Virus record (IMG/VR): IMGVR_UViG_3300037419_001349 | Location: 1 to 34,236 of that record | Direction: 5' to 3' (one strand) | Length of the DNA: 34,236 nt | Origin: a virus | Taxonomy: Duplodnaviria > Caudoviricetes | Part shown: positions 9,669 through 18,085 of the stretch, in pieces | Numbering within the stretch: the stretch's first letter is position 1 | Layout: the number at the start of each line of letters is the position of its first letter | Made by a program: the position numbers and the translations under genes | The notes under the pieces: model-generated | Seen by the model: only the letters and a program-made list of their open reading frames with translations | What the model was told of the DNA's origin: nothing | Database searches by the model: none

Positions 9669-11197
9669 TCTCCGGGGGCATCATCGTCTTACGTCCAGCG
9701 GCTCAGAATGTCGCCCCAGGCGTAGCGTTGCCGGCAGGCCCGCCCGGCCCCCCAGGCGCTCCGGGGGCTAAAGGCGACAAAGGCGACCCCGGATCCAGCG
9801 GCGCCTCTACCGTTTCCGCGCTCATCGACGCCACCGCTGCGTTTCGGGCGCTCAACGTCGCCGACGCTCCGGATCAGCGAAGGGCCATGGGGGCGGCCTC
9901 TGCCTCCGATCTCCTCGGCGTCGCTCAGGATACCCTGACGGCGCTCGGGGGGAAGCTGGATACGAACGGGGATGCGTCGAATGCCACCCTTCAGCAGCCG
10001 GGCTCGACGCGGGCGCTGACAGCAATCCAGATCCTGACGCCGTTCCGCAACCTTGCAGAGTTCCGGTTCAGCGCGGACACTGACGATACGGCCTCGTTCA
10101 ACCGCGCGATCAGTGACCTCCAGGCCGGAGCCCGCGTTGTCTACGACGGCGTGAAGACGATCAGCGGCCCGATCAACGTGAGCCGCGACAATTTCACGAT
10201 TGAGGCCGTCAATCCGCGTGCCGGCCTGATCCAATCCACCGCGCTCAGCCAGCCGATTTTCAACGTTACCGGACAGCGGTGCCGCCTACGCGAGATCGCG
10301 ACGATCTACACTGGCGGCACGCCAGCCAGCGGGGCGACAGCCTTCCTGATGTCGGGCGCGTACTCCGACATCTCGCACTGCACTGCGTTCAATGGCTACA
10401 GGTTGTTCGCTTGGCGCTCTGGAGGGCACATCGCCAGTAACCTATTTGGCAACGATTGGGTTTGGTCGGCCTGCGACTTTCTTGGCGCCAACGACGTCTA
10501 CGTCAGCAATTTCCTCTTCTCGACCAGCACGCAGACGAACGGCGCGGGTGGCGCACTCCGTCTTTATAATCAGTGTGAGAGCGTGAGACTTGCCGGCGGT
10601 GAGTTCATCGGCGGGCAATTCGGTCTTCTGACGGGAGCGGACACCTACGCGCGGGGATCGTGTCCGGCCTATGGCGAGATCACGGACGTTAAATTCGACA
10701 ACCAAGCCCAGGGGTCAATTCTCGATAAGACCATCGACATGGTGTTCGAGGCACCATGGTTCTCTGGTGGGCGTTCCGGGGGCGGATATTCCGGCCTGAT
10801 CGTGCGGAACTCACGCGCGCCGCGGTTTCATGCGCCCCGGTTCTTCGCGTGCGGCTACAGCGGCCTGAGTGTCGAGGCGACGACCCTTGACCTTGAGCTG
10901 CTTGGACCGCTCGCGCACGCCAACAGCGTCACGACGGGCGCAGGAAACGGGCGTGGTATCGAGATCATGGCGAACACGACCGACTGGAAGATCTTCGGCG
11001 GGGCAGGAGGAAACGACCTCTTCCAGAGCGTGCCAGGGTACGGGAGCGGTCAGCAGGGGTTCAACCTCGTCATCAATTCGGGCTGTGATCGGTTCAGTGT
11101 GATCGGCTTCGGCGGCCCGGCCGGGACGGCGGGGCACATCTACGACGGCTCCGCAGCCGGCGCGAACAAGACGCTAACCGCAAACTACAATCGCTGA
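9665..11197 (+). CDS. Tailspike / receptor-binding protein 1 (collagen-like N-terminus, pectate-lyase-like beta-helix)
   Basis: GPPGPPGAPGAKGDKGDPG; TDDTASFNRAI motif marking the start of beta-helix depolymerases. Confidence 0.8.
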   Translation: MISGGIIVLRPAAQNVAPGVALPAGPPGPPGAPGAKGDKGDPGSSGASTVSALIDATAAFRALNVADAPDQRRAMGAASASDLLGVAQDTLTALGGKLDTNGDASNATLQQPGSTRALTAIQILTPFRNLAEFRFSADTDDTASFNRAISDLQAGARVVYDGVKTISGPINVSRDNFTIEAVNPRAGLIQSTALSQPIFNVTGQRCRLREIATIYTGGTPASGATAFLMSGAYSDISHCTAFNGYRLFAWRSGGHIASNLFGNDWVWSACDFLGANDVYVSNFLFSTSTQTNGAGGALRLYNQCESVRLAGGEFIGGQFGLLTGADTYARGSCPAYGEITDVKFDNQAQGSILDKTIDMVFEAPWFSGGRSGGGYSGLIVRNSRAPRFHAPRFFACGYSGLSVEATTLDLELLGPLAHANSVTTGAGNGRGIEIMANTTDWKIFGGAGGNDLFQSVPGYGSGQQGFNLVINSGCDRFSVIGFGGPAGTAGHIYDGSAAGANKTLTANYNR

Positions 11198-11221
11198 CGT
11201 TCTCCAACAGCAGGCACCTAT

Positions 11222-12534
11222 GTCCTCAGAAATACCTGAGGCCCTGGCATACAGGCCGTGGAGATATGGTTGGTAAGAGCACTGCCACGTGTTATGAGCA
11301 GACTGTGACCATCGTCCGCGGCTTTCGTTATAAGCTAGAACCGCTGCCCGAGCAGGAGCCCTTGTTCCGACAGTTCGCGGGCGCGTGTCGTCTCGTCTAC
11401 AATCTCGGACTGGAGCAGAAGGCGACTTGGGGACGGAAGCACCGTCTCAGCTACGTCGCTCAGGCCGCCGATCTGACTAGGCTCCGCGCCGAGTTCGACT
11501 GGATACGCGCTGTCTGCTCCTCATGCCAACAGCAGGCTTTGCGCGACCTCGACCGGGCGTTCCAGAACTTCTTCGCAGGCCGCACACGCTTCCCTCAGCC
11601 CCGCAAGCGCGGCGTCAATGATAGCTTCCGCTTCCCCGGACGTGAGGTCGCGATTAAGCCCCTGAACGGCAAGTGGGGTGCCGTGCGCTTGCCGAAGATC
11701 GGCTGGGTTAAGTTCCGCGCCACGCGGCCGATGCGAGGTGACCTGAAGAACGTGACCGTCAGCCGCGACGCGCTCGGTTGGCACGTCGCATTCACCTGCG
11801 AGATCGAACACGAAGCGCCAGCGCCCAGCCCCGAAGTCGTCGGGATTGACCGGGGTGTGGCCACAACCTTGGCCCTGTCCACGGGCGAGATGCGGACGAT
11901 GCCGGGGAACCTGGAGCGGATCGAGGCTCGCAAGCGCAAGGCACAGCGCGTCGTCGCCCGGCGCAAGCGCGGATCGAACCGACGCCGCAGGGCGCAGGCC
12001 CGCGTCGCGCGCCTCCAAGCCCGGCAAGCCCGCATCCGACGCGACTTCCACCACCGCGCGGCGCTCGACATCGCGCGCCGGTACGGCGTGGCCGTCCTTG
12101 AAGACCTGAACACGCGTGGCATGACAGCCAGCGCGCGGGGTACGGTGGCCGAGCCCGGCCGCAACGTCCGGCAGAAGGCCGGGCTGAACCGGGGCATCCT
12201 CAACGCGGGCTGGCACCAGTTCGCGACGATTTTGACTTACAAGATGAAGGAGCGGGGCGGACAGGTGGTGACTGTGCCTGCCCGGTTTACGAGCCAAACC
12301 TGTTCGGCATGTGGTGTGGTTGATGCGCGGTCTCGCGAAAGCCAAGCGAGGTTCCTGTGCGTGGTTTGTGGCCACAGCGATCATGCCGACATCAATGCTG
12401 CGATAAACATACGGCGTCGGAACACGGCGTTGCTGGACGTGGAGGGCTTGCATCAGCAGCCCTATGAAGCGTCAACTGGACGAGATCTCGCGATCTCCGA
12501 AAATCTCCGTCTTTCACGCCGGGGAAGATGTTAA
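11222..12534 (+). mobile_element. IS200/IS605-family (IS1341-type) element carrying tnpB only
   Basis: Related subterminal hairpins at 11242-11262 and 12505-12525 (14/21 identical). Right end AAAT-hairpin-AAGATG-TTAA. Removing 11222-12534 restores ATG TCC TCC ACT GAC GCC of a tail-gene paralogue. No tnpA present. Confidence 0.8.
11266..12534 (+). CDS. tnpB: RNA-guided endonuclease TnpB
   Basis: N-terminal GFRYKLEP...FAGACRLVYNLGL; RuvC I GIDRG, RuvC II LEDL, Zn finger CSAC...CVVC, RuvC III ADINAAINI all intact. True start may be GTG 11305. Confidence 0.95.
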   Translation: MVGKSTATCYEQTVTIVRGFRYKLEPLPEQEPLFRQFAGACRLVYNLGLEQKATWGRKHRLSYVAQAADLTRLRAEFDWIRAVCSSCQQQALRDLDRAFQNFFAGRTRFPQPRKRGVNDSFRFPGREVAIKPLNGKWGAVRLPKIGWVKFRATRPMRGDLKNVTVSRDALGWHVAFTCEIEHEAPAPSPEVVGIDRGVATTLALSTGEMRTMPGNLERIEARKRKAQRVVARRKRGSNRRRRAQARVARLQARQARIRRDFHHRAALDIARRYGVAVLEDLNTRGMTASARGTVAEPGRNVRQKAGLNRGILNAGWHQFATILTYKMKERGGQVVTVPARFTSQTCSACGVVDARSRESQARFLCVVCGHSDHADINAAINIRRRNTALLDVEGLHQQPYEASTGRDLAISENLRLSRRGRC

Positions 12535-12554
12535 GTCCTCCACTGACGCCCATC
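12390..12554 (+). ncRNA. Predicted TnpB omega/reRNA (scaffold overlapping tnpB 3' end, plus ~16-20 nt guide GTCCTCCACTGACGCCCATC)
   Basis: Established TnpB biology: scaffold is the right end, guide is the 3' flank. Hairpins visible (AGGGCTTGCATCAGCAGCCCT; right-end hairpin). 5' boundary is approximate. Confidence 0.6.
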
Positions 12555-12700
12555 CAAGCGCGCGTGGTCGCGCTTGCGTCGGCCTATAGCCGAACCTGCC
12601 GGCCCAGCGGTTCAATTCCGCTGAGACTGCGGCGGCGCTTCTGATCTTCGGTATCCTGCTGGCTGCACGTGCAGCTGCGAGGAGCTGCCACCCGCGATAA
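12535..12700 (+). pseudogene. Disrupted paralogue of the 84-aa tail-associated gene
   Basis: With AT from 11220-11221 and correction of one +1 and one -1 indel it reads MSSTDA(I/L)QARVVALASAYQPNLPAQRF..., versus MSAADALQARVAALAAGTQPTPPA at 12716. Confidence 0.7.
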
Positions 12701-12715
12701 TCCAAAGGACACTTT

Positions 12716-12970
12716 ATGTCAGCCGCTGACGCCCTCCAGGCGCGCGTGGCCGCGCTTGCTGCCGGCACGCAGCCAACCCCGCCGGCCTCCGATCCGATTG
12801 TCGTCACCAGCGAACTCCTGGCCCTGTCGAGCGCGACGCTCGATGCGGTCGGGGGGAAGCTAGATGCAACCCCGGCGGCCCTCGGCGCCGTCATCGCATC
12901 GCTCCCGACCATGCTCCCGAGCCAGCCGGGCGTGCTCTGGAACAACGGCGGTGTCATTCAGATCTCGTGA
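12716..12970 (+). CDS. Small tail-associated protein (shares motifs with both tailspikes)
   Basis: AAGGA RBS. C-terminal LPT..PSQPGVLWNNGGVIQIS motif is common in alphaproteobacterial phage tail proteins. Confidence 0.75.
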   Translation: MSAADALQARVAALAAGTQPTPPASDPIVVTSELLALSSATLDAVGGKLDATPAALGAVIASLPTMLPSQPGVLWNNGGVIQIS

Positions 12971-14196
12971 GAGCCCATATGCTTCCCCGCACCCTCGTCG
13001 CCCTCGCGCTGATCGTGGCGCCCGCTCTCGCGCACGCGCAGAGCCAGGGGGCGCCTTCGTTCTCGAAGCTGAAGCTCACCGGGTCTGGCTCTGCTATCGA
13101 CCCGATGAACCTGCTCCCCGCCCGCTCAGACCTCCAGGGCACACGCGGCCCCTTGATGATCTGGAACAATCCGAACGGGTCAACGGCTGCTGGCTACAAT
13201 GCTGGCTTTCAGGTCTGGATCGGTGACAATCCGACCGCCACGCCCGGCGCAGGCGATACTGTCGCCGGCACTATTGGTTCGTTTAACGGCAATGGGCGTT
13301 CGCAACTCTGGGGGCTCGACATCGTAACTGGCGTCTGCCCGTCTGCGATTTGTGGGACGGGCTACAATGATGCTCAGACGCGCGGGATCGAGGTTGAGGC
13401 TGGCAACGGCTACACCGCGACCGAACTGAACCCGTGGGGCGGCGGCTTCCGCAAAAACGGGATCGAGTTCACCGGCCGGTCCGGTGGCGCTGGGCTCCTC
13501 ACCGCAGCCTCGGTCGTCTGGGCCAACGATAGCACTGGCGCTCTTTGGTGGGACACCGGCCACGCGCTGAGCCGCGTCCGCTCGCAGGGGTTCTGGTGTC
13601 AGGCGAACCCGAACGGCACGTCGGCTGGCACCGGACCATTCAACGTCGATGGCGTCAACGCATTTCAGGTTGGCTGCCTCTACGACAGCAGCAATTCCGC
13701 AGCGGTGCTGAAGGTTGGCCCTGGCACACACAACAGTGTGCTGGATCTGAGCACGGCAACATCGCCGGGCTACCTCATAAAGGGTAGCAGTTCGGCAAGC
13801 ACACTGCTAACCATCGGCAATGCAGCAAACTACAATTTGGCTCTTGCCCTTGATAGCGGAAGCAGCAGCTCATTTGGGTCTGATATTTATTTTAATGATC
13901 GCGGATCAGTAAAATGGCTGGCCGGCAAGGACGCGGCGCAAAACTGGCGTGTCTTCAATCCGGCAACGAGTAGGGTGCCTCTCCAGATCTCCCCCAACGA
14001 CCAAGTTTCCGTCGCTGGCCCGATCAAGTTGTCGACATCTACGGTCGCCGCACTGCCGACTTGTAATGCAGCCATGCAAGATAGCATCACGGTCGTGACT
14101 GATGCGACCTCTCCGACTTATCGCGGCACCCTGACCGGCGGTGGCACGGTGCGGACGCCCGTGTACTGCGACGGTAGCTCGTGGACATCGCGCTAA
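12967..14196 (+). CDS. Tail-fibre-like protein with N-terminal signal peptide
   Basis: Beta/Gly-rich 409 aa; C-terminal TVAALPTC...VTDATSPT...GGGTVRTPVYCDGSSW fibre-tip-like motif; N-terminus LVALALIVAPALAHA-Q. Confidence 0.6.
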   Translation: MRAHMLPRTLVALALIVAPALAHAQSQGAPSFSKLKLTGSGSAIDPMNLLPARSDLQGTRGPLMIWNNPNGSTAAGYNAGFQVWIGDNPTATPGAGDTVAGTIGSFNGNGRSQLWGLDIVTGVCPSAICGTGYNDAQTRGIEVEAGNGYTATELNPWGGGFRKNGIEFTGRSGGAGLLTAASVVWANDSTGALWWDTGHALSRVRSQGFWCQANPNGTSAGTGPFNVDGVNAFQVGCLYDSSNSAAVLKVGPGTHNSVLDLSTATSPGYLIKGSSSASTLLTIGNAANYNLALALDSGSSSSFGSDIYFNDRGSVKWLAGKDAAQNWRVFNPATSRVPLQISPNDQVSVAGPIKLSTSTVAALPTCNAAMQDSITVVTDATSPTYRGTLTGGGTVRTPVYCDGSSWTSR

Positions 14197-14250
14197 CCCC
14201 CTGAGACCCGGCACCGCCGTCTCAGCCTCAAGCCCTTCTGGAAGCATCTC

Positions 14251-14383
14251 ATGTCCCCGCCCGCCCCGCGTCTCGCGCACTGAGGGTCTGGCGAACGCGC
14301 CCGCAAGCGTGGTCGAGATCAATAACGCCTGGGTTGGAACCTCGACCTATTCGGGCGGCGCGACGCAATCGCATCTGCCCTAA
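14251..14383 (+). pseudogene. Remnant of a deleted tailspike-like gene
   Basis: ATGTCC start context like neighbouring genes, then an out-of-frame tail ...GLANAPASVVEINNAWVGTSTYSGGATQSHLP* resembling a beta-helix C-terminus. Confidence 0.4.
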
Positions 14384-14456
14384 CCCTCACCCTCTCCACC
14401 CCGCAGATCCCCGCTGCGGAGCCTCCAAGACGTCGTCTCATCGTTCAGGGATCCGC

Positions 14457-15791
14457 ATGTCCACTGCTGCGCTCGAAGCGCTCAACGCTGCGCTCGCCGC
14501 GAAGGTGCAGCCCTACATCCCGCCGACCGATCCGGTCGTGACGGCCGGCGCGCTTCCGACCATCCAGTTCGCGACCGGAGCCAGCCAAGCCAAGCGCAGC
14601 CTGCTCGACCGCTGGACCGACGCGGTCAACGTGCTCGACACCTACCAGCCGACCGATCCGGATCTGTCCGCGGCGTTCACGCGCGCCATCGCGACCGGCA
14701 AGCTCGTGCGCGTGCCCAAGCTCGCGACGGGGTACGACATCAACAGCCAAGTCACGGTTCCGTCCGGCTGCCATATCTTTTTCGAGGGGACGAGCACGGT
14801 GCGCTCGACCTCGGCGACCTCGATTTTCCGTCTGACCGGGTTCGATATCGCATCGTCCATTGAGGGCCATGCGATTTTCGATATGACCGCCGCGCCGGCC
14901 GGCTCCTCGGCGATCCGGTTCGGCACAGGGTCGGGCGTCGTCTATCGGGTCGCGCTTCGCGACTTGCGCTTTCAGAACTGTTTCAGCGCCGTCGACTGCG
15001 AGCCGCACGCCACGAACTATGTCGTCGACATCGAGACCCGCAATCTCTACGCGGAGCTGACCCGCTCGCGGCAGTTCTACATCATGCGCTCGCGCGGGTT
15101 CCTCACCGTCGACATGCGCGTCGACCATACGCGCAACACCAGTGATGTGACGTTTGAGGGGATCCGGCTAGAGGATGCTGCGGGTCTGGATATCCAACGC
15201 ATAGACGTAGTCGGCCCGTCGACCGCGACCGTCCCGACTGAGATTTACCGGAACACGGCCTTTGGGCTGGTGATCTCGAACCCGGCCGGAACCGTCGCCA
15301 GCATCTATAACAACGGGCGGATCCTCGTCGACACCACCCGCGGCCCCGGCGTCCTGTTCAACAACATCACCAATTTCATCGGCGGCCAAATTCAGGTCTA
15401 TGGGATCCTAGGGCAGGGGGTCATCGGCCTGGGGTGTGCCGATTTCAACACGTCGATTAGCGTCTTCGGCCTTAAGGGCGATCCGGCCGCCTTGCTGGCG
15501 CCGGCCGTGGAGTTCGACAACTCACAGCGCATCCGCGGCTCTGTCGTGGTTCAGAACAGCCCGGCATCCGGGCTTTATCTGAACAACTGCACTGATTGCA
15601 CGCTCGACGTGTTGAGCATCGATAATGCCGACAAGGGCGTCGTCGAGACGGGCGCCCGCAACCGCCTGTCCGGGACGATGCGCGGAACGGGCGGCACGTT
15701 CAGCATCGCGGGCACGGGCTCGGTGGCAACGAACTACTACGCCAACGACAACGCCTTCCACCTCGGTCCCACCTCCGGGGCTTTGGCGTAA
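14457..15791 (+). CDS. Tailspike / receptor-binding protein 2 (beta-helix)
   Basis: ATG 14457. FATGASQAKRSLLDRWTDAVNVLD...DLSAAFTRAI head motif followed by beta-helix repeats. Confidence 0.8.
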   Translation: MSTAALEALNAALAAKVQPYIPPTDPVVTAGALPTIQFATGASQAKRSLLDRWTDAVNVLDTYQPTDPDLSAAFTRAIATGKLVRVPKLATGYDINSQVTVPSGCHIFFEGTSTVRSTSATSIFRLTGFDIASSIEGHAIFDMTAAPAGSSAIRFGTGSGVVYRVALRDLRFQNCFSAVDCEPHATNYVVDIETRNLYAELTRSRQFYIMRSRGFLTVDMRVDHTRNTSDVTFEGIRLEDAAGLDIQRIDVVGPSTATVPTEIYRNTAFGLVISNPAGTVASIYNNGRILVDTTRGPGVLFNNITNFIGGQIQVYGILGQGVIGLGCADFNTSISVFGLKGDPAALLAPAVEFDNSQRIRGSVVVQNSPASGLYLNNCTDCTLDVLSIDNADKGVVETGARNRLSGTMRGTGGTFSIAGTGSVATNYYANDNAFHLGPTSGALA

Positions 15792-15833
15792 GGGCGCTCT
15801 GTCGCGTCTCTCAGCCCTTCCTCCCCCCCTGTT

Positions 15834-16106
15834 TCAACCTGCTCGCCGGGAGCCCTCGTGCGCCACAGCAGGCTCTGAGAGGATGTGGTCGATCATGGCG
15901 GTGATTTCCCGTTCGAAATCGCCTCTGACCATGCGGCCATCGTCCCCAACCTTTTCAGCGTCGTCAGCCGCTCGAAGCATGCCGTAGGACGGCTCTCTCA
16001 GAGCCAGCAGGACCGCACGGACAACCTCGCGAGCGAGCGATCCCGCCGACAGGTCTCCCCCATGGTCGGCGTCGATCCTTTCCCGAACCTGTCGGCCGAG
16101 ATGCAC
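15834..16106 (-). CDS. Hypothetical phage protein, antisense within late region (start uncertain)
   Basis: VRAVLLALREPSYGML...AMIDHILSE resembles a recurrent small phage protein motif (A..AMREPT..M...AMIDA.L). Confidence 0.5.
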   Translation of the reverse strand: MHLGRQVRERIDADHGGDLSAGSLAREVVRAVLLALREPSYGMLRAADDAEKVGDDGRMVRGDFEREITAMIDHILSEPAVAHEGSRRAG

Positions 16107-16170
16107 GCCAAGGCGGCACTGCCGGCGCCTGCGCGCAAGCGTACCGGCGTGGCGGAGTGAGGACCGATCC

Positions 16171-16503
16171 ATGATCAGCCCCATCTCCTGGTTCCTCGCG
16201 CGCCCGCTCGTGACACACACGCTGCTGGCGGCGCTCTACACGCTGGCGCTCGGCTCTGCCTTTACGGCGCTCGGCCTGCCCTACTCTTGGCTCGTCGCGG
16301 CGCTCGTCGTCTCGACATTCTTTTTCGGCCGCGAGGCTGGGCAGCGCGAGCATGACTTGAAGCGCGCCGGCACCGGCCCGGTCATCGCATGGCTCGGGGC
16401 AGAGTTCGCGTTCAAGTGGGACCGCGACAACCTCGCGCAATGGCTCGTTGCCGCCGGCTCTAGCGCCGCCGTCGCCGCCGTCCTGACCGTCGCCGGCCTG
16501 TAA
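16171..16503 (+). CDS. Membrane protein (lysis region)
   Basis: GAGGA RBS; 3-4 hydrophobic segments; FFGREAGQRE motif. Confidence 0.7.
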   Translation: MISPISWFLARPLVTHTLLAALYTLALGSAFTALGLPYSWLVAALVVSTFFFGREAGQREHDLKRAGTGPVIAWLGAEFAFKWDRDNLAQWLVAAGSSAAVAAVLTVAGL

Positions 16504-16535
16504 GCCGCGTTCATCCTGCCAATTCGGAGATCATC

Positions 16536-17327
16536 ATGCCGACACCCGCAGCCACTGCGGCGGCTTTCGCGCGCGTGCGTGCTGCCAACTTCAAGGGGCG
16601 AGCCGTGAAGCTCGCGGACATCGATCTGCCCCGCGTCGGCTACACCATCGGTGTCGGCGAGGATGAGATCCACGCCGTGATTGATGTCGAGACGGCCGGC
16701 GGCGGCTTCGACAAACTGGGGCGGCCGAAGATGCTGTTCGAGCCGCACGTCTTCTATCGGAACCTCGTGGGTTCTGATCGGGCTCACGCCGTGCAACTTG
16801 GCATCGCTTGCGAGAAGTGGAAGCCCGGCAATTACCCGGTCGATAGCTACCCGCGGCTCACGGCGGCCCTGGCTATCAACGAGACGGCTGCGTTGAAGGC
16901 AGCATCTTGGGGCCTCGGCCAGATCCTCGGCGAGAACTACGTCGCCGCCGGCTACGACAGCCCGCAGCACATGATCGTGGCCTTCGTCGAGAACGGCGAG
17001 GGCGAGCACCTCGACGCGATGATCCGGTTCATTGTCGAGACCCATCTGGACGATGAGATCCGAGCCCACAATTGGGCAGCGTTCGCCCGCGGCTACAACG
17101 GCCCGAAATACGCGCAGAACAGCTACGACACCAAGCTGGCGACGGCCTTCGCGAAGTGGGCGAAGATCAAGGACACGCCCTGGTCGCTGGCAAAAGATGC
17201 GGTGGGCAAGCCCGTGCCGATCCCGCCGGTCAACACCGCGCCCATCCCCGTCATCCCGGCTGCGCCCTCTGCCGAGAGGCCGTCCCTCTTCAAGCGGATT
17301 GCCGCGCTGTTCTCTAAGGCAGCCTGA
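16536..17327 (+). CDS. Endolysin, N-acetylmuramidase (DUF3380 family)
   Basis: AVIDVETAGGGF...PKMLFEPHVF, ASWGLGQILGENY, WAAFARGYNGPKYAQNSYDTKL. Confidence 0.93.
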   Translation: MPTPAATAAAFARVRAANFKGRAVKLADIDLPRVGYTIGVGEDEIHAVIDVETAGGGFDKLGRPKMLFEPHVFYRNLVGSDRAHAVQLGIACEKWKPGNYPVDSYPRLTAALAINETAALKAASWGLGQILGENYVAAGYDSPQHMIVAFVENGEGEHLDAMIRFIVETHLDDEIRAHNWAAFARGYNGPKYAQNSYDTKLATAFAKWAKIKDTPWSLAKDAVGKPVPIPPVNTAPIPVIPAAPSAERPSLFKRIAALFSKAA

Positions 17328-17330
17328 CCG

Positions 17331-17645
17331 ATGGCGACCAAGCTCCCTCCTGTCACCGTCGAGACGCCAGCCTCGCACACCGTCATAACGCCTATCGTCC
17401 GCAAGAGCCGGTGGGGGCGCATCTTCGATGGCGTGGCTATCGCTGGCGCGTTCATCGCCGCCCTCCTTCAAAGCGTGGGCGAGATCAACTTCGTGTCGCT
17501 CGGCTTCACCCCGACGCAGGCTGCTTGGGGGGCGATGGCGTTGTTCGTCATCCGCTTCGCTCTCAACTACCGGCCCGTGCGGCTGGTCCAAGTCAAGGCT
17601 GATCCCGGCAGCACGGCTGTCCCGGCCGGAGAGGAGAAGCCCTGA
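17331..17645 (+). CDS. Putative holin (2 TM)
   Basis: Two hydrophobic helices, immediately downstream of the endolysin. Confidence 0.55.
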   Translation: MATKLPPVTVETPASHTVITPIVRKSRWGRIFDGVAIAGAFIAALLQSVGEINFVSLGFTPTQAAWGAMALFVIRFALNYRPVRLVQVKADPGSTAVPAGEEKP

Positions 17646-18085
17646 TGCTCGCGCTCATCGGGAGCTTTCTCGTCAAGCTGCTCGGTAACGGGATCCTGAC
17701 GCCGATCCTGTCTTATCTCCAGCAGAAAGACACCACCCAGCGCGACATCGCCGTTGCGCAGATCGGGGCTGACCAGCAGCGCGCTCAGTCGCTGGTGCAG
17801 GCCCAGATTGACGCGAACCGCTACCGGGGCGCGCAGCAAACCACGTTCTGGCCGTTGGTCTACATCATAGCCCTGCCGCCAGCGATCCACGCCGGGGCGG
17901 TCTATTTCGACAGCATGCCGATCTGGCTGCCGTTCTTCGGCCAGCATGTCGTCGGCTCCTGGGGCGTCGCCCTTCCTCCGGGTGACTACGCCAAGATGCA
18001 GACGGACGTGCTCACGAGCTTCTTCTACGTCGCGCCCGCTATCGCCGCAGCCAAGGTTGTCGGCAGCATCATCACGCGGCGCTGA
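17645..18085 (+). CDS. Putative holin-like 3-TM protein
   Basis: Amphipathic N-terminus, coiled segment, then hydrophobic segments; position in lysis cassette. Confidence 0.55.
   Translation: MLALIGSFLVKLLGNGILTPILSYLQQKDTTQRDIAVAQIGADQQRAQSLVQAQIDANRYRGAQQTTFWPLVYIIALPPAIHAGAVYFDSMPIWLPFFGQHVVGSWGVALPPGDYAKMQTDVLTSFFYVAPAIAAAKVVGSIITRR

Noticed and set aside
11266-12534. Nuclease-dead TnpB repressor (TldR) or Cas12f with array
   Set aside because: RuvC D-E-D residues are intact, IS ends are present, and there is no CRISPR array.
7934-15791. Diversity-generating retroelement or invertase shufflon acting on tail fibres
   Set aside because: No reverse transcriptase, no TR/VR pair with adenine-specific differences, no invertase, and all RBP genes are co-oriented.
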